Source: Octopus bimaculoides
Lineage: Eukaryota
DNA length: 47,285 nt
Assembly (NCBI RefSeq): GCF_001194135.2
Contig: NC_068983.1
Span: 1,673,050-1,720,334, forward strand
Direction: 5' to 3'
A program made the translations under genes and the position numbers. The notes beneath the pieces were generated by a model, which made no database searches, had not been told where the DNA came from, and saw only the letters and a list, made by a program, of their open reading frames with translations. Of the stretch, positions 39,517 through 47,285 are shown piece by piece. Position 1 is the stretch's first letter; each line of letters starts with the position of its first letter.

Positions 39517-40224
39517 AGACTGAATCCAGTGTAATATTGTGATCGATTCCTTGCATTGGGAGAATCCAAAGATTGAAACCAGTAAAAGCTTCATTGTTTA
39601 ATTTAAATTATTTTAACCTCAATTCTCACTCGTAGGTGTCCCGTCGATAAGTTCCAGAGATTCACCAATACAAAATGTCTTTATATGAAGTCCTATAACT
39701 TCATAAATATTAGGCTTCTATTTTGAATATCTGAAGAAAGCTGAGGGGTGGCCAATGGCAATAGAATTTTCCAGTTAGTAATTATCCAATCCGAAATGCA
39801 GATTACAATACACATATTTAACACTTCAGTTACCGTATTTCTACAGAAATACATAGATTTCATTAAGTTAATTTTGAATATAACAACGAATTTCGTAAAA
39901 TATTTTTTTGTAATTTTAGTTAGTGTTTGGAGAATGAATTTACATGCAATTCTGATGAACATTTTTAATTAATTCGTTTTACAAGATTTTAATTAAGATC
40001 ATTTTGAAACAGAGTTTTATATCATAGTACCAGAGACGGTTTCAGGCGGGTTGATGTCAAAAGCAATGAAGAACCTGTTCCAAACAACTAAAGAGACACA
40101 GGGTGAAGACTAGATTTGCTGAAGATACAAGAAAACATTCTGTCGTCGATAGTTATTAACAGAAATTATTTATCGATATGGGAATGTATATCGTAATTTC
40201 TCATTCTCCGGTAATCCAGCTCCT

Positions 40225-40402
40225 AAGCATCTAGCGCGCGCTATTTCTCTCCTTGTTTCTTTCTGTGTTCCTTTCTGTGGAAGAACGTAGGCTCGAAACA
40301 TTAAAGACTTTTTTCAATTCCCGGGCGTTATACTAATACATCTGTTTGTTTTCTACACCAACTGTTTTCGTCATTTGCTTTTGTTTTTGTGAATTCTCCC
40401 CA
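40225..40402 (+). mobile_element. Solo PLE 3' terminus with hammerhead-like motif
   Basis: CCTTT CTGTGGA A GAAC GTAG GCTC GAAA CATT AAAG at 40270-40306; homologous to 29465-29645. Confidence 0.85.
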
Positions 40403-40546
40403 TATATANNNNNNNNNNNNNNNNNNNNNNNNNNNNNNNNNNNNNNNNNNNNNNNNNNNNNNNNNNNNNNNNNNNNNNNNNNNNNNNNNNNNNNNNNNNN
40501 NNNNNNNNNNNNNNNNNNNNNNNNNNNNNNNNNNNNNNNNNNNNNN

Positions 40547-40583
<37 letters not shown>

Positions 40584-41612
40584 TTGCGGCGCGTGCCTCT
40601 GTGTGTGTGTATGTGTGTGCATATGTATATATATATATAGACTTATATATGTGCGTTTCTGCCTTGTATTAAGGGCGCGACTATGTTCGATTTTACACTT
40701 TCTTATATTTTGATCTGATTTTGATCTTTTACTTCATAATTCTTCAATCCATAACATTACAATCTGTTTAAACATTAGCGTTCGTAAATCTATTTGGCTT
40801 CCCGTCTTCAAAATCATCTTCAAAAGAAGACCCTGTCTATAGTGCTTTTATACAGAGTCAACCCATTATACCACACAAATATTTAATATAAACATAAGAG
40901 GGTGGCATTACTCATACAGCAAGTCTACACGAAAAATACAAAAATGTGGCTTTATGCATACACAAGTAGCGGATTTTTATAGAAATATAAAATATTCGCA
41001 TTTTTATTACTCAACGAACAATGGAACCCATTTAGGAAATGGTATGCAAAACCGGACTTTACTTAAGAACGGATGATCTGTTGCACCACATCACAGAACA
41101 AATCAAATACCCATTCATTTATACATAAGAAGCCACCGAAATATACTTGTAGTACATTTAGTATACAAGATAATATTGAATGAATGAAATGATTGAATGA
41201 ATAGAAACATTAATGATTCTGTCATCTAGCAACAAACACCCTGCTTGAAAAGTTTGGTTTAAAATAAGGAGAATGTAGGAATACACGCACATGACCCCGC
41301 CAAATTTATAAACCACAGAAGAACATACTTCAAACAAACAATGTAATTCATAAATCGTGTTGGAAACATGAAAAGAGTAAGCTTCATGAAGCAAACAACT
41401 AGAATGGTCAAAGAGGTGTAATTTCTTCGCAGCAGTTGACGATGTATTTACAAAAGAGTCATCGTCACAAATTACAAAACAGAAGATACGGTAAAAGTAG
41501 ACTGAAGACAAGAGAGCCAGTAGTTAACAACGTTATTATTCTATATTCTCTGAATTTCTCTCTTTCTCTCTCTCTCTGTCTCTCTCTCTCTGTCTCTCTC
41601 TCTCTGTCTCTC

Positions 41613-41644
<32 letters not shown>

Positions 41645-41645
41645 C

Positions 41646-41684
<39 letters not shown>

Positions 41685-41711
41685 GTCATCTATGTTTCTA
41701 TATACCTATGT

Positions 41712-41760
<49 letters not shown>

Positions 41761-42106
41761 NNNNNNNNNNNNNNNNNNNNNNNNNNNNNNNNNNNNNNNN
41801 NNNNNNNNNNNNNNNNNNNNNNNNNNNNNNNNNNNNNNNNNNNNNNNNNNNNNNNNNNNNNNNNNNNNNNNNNNNNNNNNNNNNNNNNNNNNNNNNNNNN
41901 NNNNNNNNNNNNNNNNNNNNNNNNNNNNNNNNNNNNNNNNNNNNNNNNNNNNNNNNNNNNNNNNNNNNNNNNNNNNNNNNNNNNNNNNNNNNNNNNNNNN
42001 NNNNNNNNNNNNNNNNNNNNNNNNNNNNNNNNNNNNNATATATATATATATACACTCACACGCAGAGTCACACTCACACACACACGCAAACACACACATA
42101 TAATAT

Positions 42107-42164
<58 letters not shown>

Positions 42165-42165
<1 letters not shown>

Positions 42166-43335
42166 AATTTCGGATTTACAAAAATCAAAAAACGAACACA
42201 GGTGCAGGAACAACAAGGATGTGTATTAGTTTCACGATCGGCAAAAATGAAAAAGTCTTTTACGTTCAGAACCCACGCTCTTCGACAGAAAGTATAAGAG
42301 GTAAAAATGGAGAAAGAACGAAAAATAGAAAAACGGAGTGAGAATAACTGTGTAGACTTCAATGCTCCAGCATGGCGGGATGACTGAAAAAGAAGAGATT
42401 GAATGAAAGGGAGATATTAATAAAAAAAAAGTGGTTGTGTTGGAGGGAGATAATAATGAAAAAGAGGTTGAATTGAAGGGAAATAATAATGGTGATCCCA
42501 ACGAATTAAAGTGCGCTAACATGTGTGTGTATATGTGAGAATGTTGTATGTATGTGTGAGTGGGAGTGAGTGAGTCTGACGTGTGTTTGTTACTATGTGT
42601 GTCATGTGTAGTACTTGTATGCTTTTTCATGTGGTGTGTGCACATGTTTATGTGTGTCTGTTTCTGACCAAATAGTGTGCCTGTGTATAGTGTATGTTTG
42701 CGGGTGAAAGTTATCTTTGTCTATGCGTGTTGCATATGTTGCGTGTGTAAGTATATATAGTCTGTGTTCAGGTATCACGTGGTTGTGCGGGGTGGGAGTG
42801 TGAATGAGAGGGTGTGGTGTGTACTGAGTTAAACAATGTGTGCGGATGCGTGAATAGTGGTATGTGTGGTGACGCTATTGAAGATTAAGTGTGCGTTTGT
42901 GGTGGGTGTGCTGCAAAGGGGTCGGTGCTAGAGTGTGTGTAGTGGGAAGGTGCTGCGGGTGTGTGTAATGGTGTGTGAAGTGAGTGCTGAGAGGAACAGT
43001 GTGTATGGGTGTTTGTATACTGGTGCGCGTGTGGTGAGGATACCGAGGTTGGTTGTATGCATATTGTGTAAGAGGAGGGAGCAGTTGAATGTTGGAGTTG
43101 TGTGGGAATTCATGTGGGGTCGGTGTCAGATGAAGAGGAGAGGGGAATTGAGCCCAGATGAGGCAAAAGAGCTAAGGTAGACGATTAGTTCTCTTCACAG
43201 CAAAGGTGGGTGGCCTCTGTACAGAGACAGTCTGAAAACAGATTTTGTAGCGAATTACCGATAGAGCAGAAGTGGTAGGAAACCGACATGTCATTGCCAA
43301 GTCTGATGTCTTGGTGTTGTTCGACGATAAAAGTT
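42165..43335 (-). mobile_element. Second Penelope-like copy: GIY-YIG C-terminus, 3' UTR and terminus
   Basis: FIVEQHQDIRLGNDMSVSYHFCSIGNSLQNL...GLNSPLLFI* (stop 43128-43126) parallels 28600-28812; terminus has CTTT CTGTCGA A GAGC GTGG GTTC TGAA CGTA AAAG. Confidence 0.82.
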
Positions 43336-43597
43336 TTCCTGTATATTATTATTATTTTTATATAACGCCGCTCTTTATATATGACTAAATATTTGTTACG
43401 TTTTTGGTCCCCCAAGATCACAGATAGAACCTACTTTTTATCTCTCTCTATATTTTTATGTATTGTTTTTTTTATCTCTCTATATATTTGTATATATTTT
43501 TTATCTCTCTATATATATTTTATATAATTTTATTGCTTTATATATTTTTACATACTTTTTCTGTATATTACATTTTACCCTGCATTTTTTGTGTATG

Positions 43598-43966
43598 TGC
43601 GTATATAGACGTGTATATGAACATATATGTGCGCGTATGAGTATATATACGTGTGTGCGTGTTTGTATTTGTGTGCGTGTGTGCGGGTATGTGTATATGT
43701 TTATGGTTGGGTATATATGTATACATATAGGTTTGTGTGTGGGTGTGCATGCTTGTGTTCCATGCGAGTGTGAGTGAGCGATAGGATATATAGCATATGC
43801 GTATTTAGACGTGTATATGAATATAATTATGCGCGAATGGGTATGTGTACATGTGTGCGTGTGTGCGGATATGTATATGTGTTCATGTGTATGGTTGCAT
43901 ATATATGTGCGCATATAAGCGTGTGTGTGAGTGTACATGTATGTTTCACGCGAGTGTAAGTGAGCA
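43598..43966. repeat. Degenerate tandem duplication, period about 190-200 bp
   Basis: tgcgtat.tagacgtgtatatgaa at 43598 and 43798; gcgagtgt.agtgagc at 43764 and 43951. Confidence 0.75.
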
Positions 43967-44059
43967 TATGCATATAGGCACATGTACGTGGGTATGCGTG
44001 CGCGCATGTGTATGTATGTACATGAGCGCATTCGCGAATTCTATAAGCGCCTTTTACTC

Positions 44060-44240
44060 TCCCCCTTCGGGTTTTTTTTCCTTTATTTAACGCTCTTCTG
44101 TTTGTCTTTATAACGGTCATTTACATAGTAATTTCCCTTTGTTTAATGGTCATTTTCGTAGCATTTTTGTTTGTCTTAATAACTGACGAGATGCCGGAGC
44201 AGATTTCCGCCCCGACATCCAAAACTCGGAGTTTTATGAT
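44060..44240 (+). mobile_element. PLE-like terminus with hammerhead-like motif
   Basis: CTGACGA (44183) GATGCCGG...CCGACATCC AAAA CTC GGAGTTT; AAAA may be CpG-decayed (C)GAAA. Confidence 0.4.
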
Positions 44241-44444
44241 GGCAACTGAATAATTGTCACATATTATATTACAGATAAATTCCTCTATTTATATAATATC
44301 GAGGTCTTATTCATTCTTTTGTTGTCATACTGTTATTATATATATATATATATATAAATGTATGTATGTATGTATGTATGTATGTATGTATGTATGTATG
44401 TGTGAATGTATGTATATACCGATACCTACATGTATATATCTATG

Positions 44445-44620
44445 TGCGGGCGTATTTGTTTCTCAGTTGGTACTCCTATCGACGCTTGACAACCAATGTT
44501 TGTGCTTACTTCTCCGTAACCTAGCCGTTCAACAAAACGAAACCGATGGAATAAATAATAGGCTTTAAAAATAAGTCTTAAAGTCGATTTGTTCGACTAA
44601 AACCCTTTGAAGCGGTGCTC
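44445..44620 (+). mobile_element. SINE family A 3' half
   Basis: cgcttgacaacc.atgtt...ccgtaacctagccgttc..caaaa.gaaaccgatggaataa...gtcgatttgttcgactaaaaccctttgaagcggtgctcca. Confidence 0.75.
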
Positions 44621-44947
44621 CATATATATATATATATCTCTGTTTAAGGTTCACAGTACATATCATCGTGTCCTACTAATAGTTACACGTGTCTGAAAAT
44701 CCCAAAACGTTGTTGAGGCACAGAAGATATTTGGATTTTCAGACTCATGAAACTTTTAGTAGCGCTCCAAGACATGTATTGTGACTCGTAAACAGAAATA
44801 TTTGACTCTCATCAGTTGCAGTGCTCTCTTTGTTGAATTATACCACGAACCAATATACAGTAATCCCCTAACCATATCGCGGTTCAACAATCGCAGGGGT
44901 TTTTGGAAAGTAACAGCCGCGATAGTCGAAGGATTACTGTATATATA

Positions 44948-44987
<40 letters not shown>

Positions 44988-45147
44988 TCGACCATAGATT
45001 GGTCCAGTTCATAACTAACTTAAAAGCACCCCATGATAGAATTATCTAAATATACATATGTATGTATAATAATAATATATATATAAACATACATACATTT
45101 ATATATACATATGTATATATGTATGTGTATATATATATATATATGTA

Positions 45148-45192
<45 letters not shown>

Positions 45193-45398
45193 TATCGTAA
45201 TGATACATGCACGTATATAATCGTGAATGCGTACATATTGAGACGTAGCGTGTTGAGATGGATATAAAGAAAAACATAAGGAAAGATGGCATATAAAAAG
45301 TCGCGTGAATAACGCGGAACAGAAAATATAGTTTGCATGCTTGCATAAATAGATGCTAATTGAATATACATACATACATACATACCTATATATATATG

Positions 45399-45467
<69 letters not shown>

Positions 45468-46354
45468 NNNNNNNNNNNNNNNNNNNNNNNNNNNNNNNNN
45501 NNNNNNNNNNNNNNNNNNNNNNNNNNNNNNNNNNNNNNNNNNNNNNNNNNNNNNNNNNNNNNNNNNNNNNNNNNNNNNNNNNNNNNNNNNNNNNNNNNNN
45601 NNNNNNNNNNNNNNNNNNNNNNNNNNNNNNNNNNNNNNNNNNNNNNNNNNNNNNNNNNNNNNNNNNNNNNNNNNNNNNNNNNNNNNNNNNNNNNNNNNNN
45701 NNNNNNNNNNNNNNNNNNNNNNNNNNNNNNNNNNNNNNNNNNNNNNNNNNNNNNNNNNNNNNNNNNNNNNNNNNNNNNNNNNNNNNNNNNNNNNNNNNNN
45801 NNNNNNNNNNNNNNNNNNNNNNNNNNNNNNNNNNNNNNNNNNNNNNNNNNNNNNNNNNNNNNNNNNNNNNNNNNNNNNNNNNNNNNNNNNNNNNNNNNNN
45901 NNNNNTATATATATATATATATATATATATATGCATACACATATGTGTGTGGGTGTGTATTTATATCTATTTATGTATCTATTTATCTGTTTATCTCCAT
46001 CTCTCTGTCTCTCTCTGTATATATATATATATATATATATGCATATATGTATAAATATATATGGACTTGCACGAAACACTTAATATTTAATATGAAATAT
46101 ATGTATTTATTTTCATTAGTGAATATAATATTCTATGACATACCGCATTGAATTGCGGTACCAAAATATTTTCGTCTTCAATAACTGTTTTGAATATGTC
46201 TAATGAGCAAATGATATTCTTCTCTTTGGTCGGTGGTGCCTTAAAAGCAGAATATTTGTAAATGTGCGCGTATGCATATATATCTCAATCTATGTGAGTG
46301 TGTGTGTGTATATATATATCTGTTTATCTCTCTCAATATGTATGTATGTATGTA

Positions 46355-46385
<31 letters not shown>

Positions 46386-46450
46386 TATTTTGTTTAAAAG
46401 AGTTCCAACACAATCATACAAAACCCCCTTTTTTGTATTTATTTTTACTG

Positions 46451-46505
<55 letters not shown>

Positions 46506-46540
46506 AATACATACATACATACATACAGAGCGACAGACAC

Positions 46541-46571
<31 letters not shown>

Positions 46572-46879
46572 TTGATAATGTGCAAATACATATATATATA
46601 TATAATTTGTTCCCGTATACTATTTTCAGCTTTGCCGCACCTTAACTACTTGCATTCTCCTTTGATATGTGGCATTTGCTAACTGAAGGAGCATGATGTT
46701 GCCTCATCTGCATTTCCTGCAGTGATAGGGGTTCATCTAGAACTTCTGAGAGGAGACGAACCAGCTTTGTATCGAAAACACCTACATCTTCTGCAGATAC
46801 ATCCATCAATACATGCATACACACACATATATTTACATGGCACTTGTACTGTAGGTGACTTTTAACTATTTTTATTCCT

Positions 46880-46960
46880 TTCTCTTTGGACTTCCCTGTT
46901 TCCGACCAAGAGCTATCCTCGAAACGTTAACAACGTTTTCCCTTCACCGAGCGTGTGATT
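46880..46960 (+). mobile_element. Degenerate solo PLE terminus
   Basis: CCGACCA A GAGC TATC CTC GAAACGTTAA...ccgagcgt. Confidence 0.55.
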
Positions 46961-46977
46961 AATAGATTTCTTGTAAA

Positions 46978-47213
46978 GGGAGGTGAGCTGGCAGAATTGT
47001 TAGCGCACCAGCCGAGATGCTTAGCGCTATTTTTGACTGTCATTACGTTCTGAGTTCAAATTCCACCGAGGTCGACTTAGCCTTTCATTCTTTCGGTGTC
47101 GATTAAATAAGTACAAATTACGCACAGGGGTCGATGGAATCGACTTAATCCCTTTGTCTGTCCTTCTTTTTCCCCTCTATGTTTATCCCCCTGTGTGCAA
47201 TAAAGAAATAAAT
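46978..47213 (+). mobile_element. SINE family B, near full length
   Basis: gagctggcagaattgttagc (A-box-like), GAGTTCAAATTCC (B box), gtcgacttagcctttcat...ggggtcgat..aatcgacttaatccc, A-rich end. Confidence 0.9.
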
Positions 47214-47285
47214 ACATTCCTTGTACAAGGTCCTCACTTTCTTTTTCCTCGCTTTTCTCTTTTTTCATTAGAGAGTTTGTTTATT

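Noticed and set aside
46642-46824. 60-aa minus ORF (DVSAEDVGVFDTKLVRLLSEVLDE...)
   Set aside because: No splice signals or recognisable homology; the start lies in a repeat tract.

Overview
This is AT-rich eukaryotic non-coding DNA from a gapped draft assembly (12 N-runs), saturated with (TA)n, (TG)n, (TATG)n and (CT)n microsatellites. The repeat style strongly resembles Octopus or another coleoid cephalopod; that is inference from pattern recognition, not a database result. No intact host gene is evident, and nearly all long ORFs in the supplied track are microsatellite or N artefacts. Recognisable content is decayed mobile DNA: two tRNA-derived SINE families in many copies, two Tc1/mariner (maT/DD37D-like) relics, five R4/Dong-type RLE LINE fragments, a probable LINE ORF1 5' piece, and two Penelope-like (PLE, GIY-YIG) copies plus solo termini. 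The most interesting signal is at RNA level, with about four sequence classes of minimal hammerhead-ribozyme-like motifs. They include (i) a tRNA-headed SINE-like element whose tail carries a hammerhead, with an inverted tail copy upstream and a Dong-like LINE inserted in its (AAT)n linker, and (ii) a PLE terminus family whose core reads CUGUNGA instead of CUGANGA. There are also several long fold-backs and one weak candidate exon. All translations and alignments were done by eye; coordinates of decayed elements are approximate.
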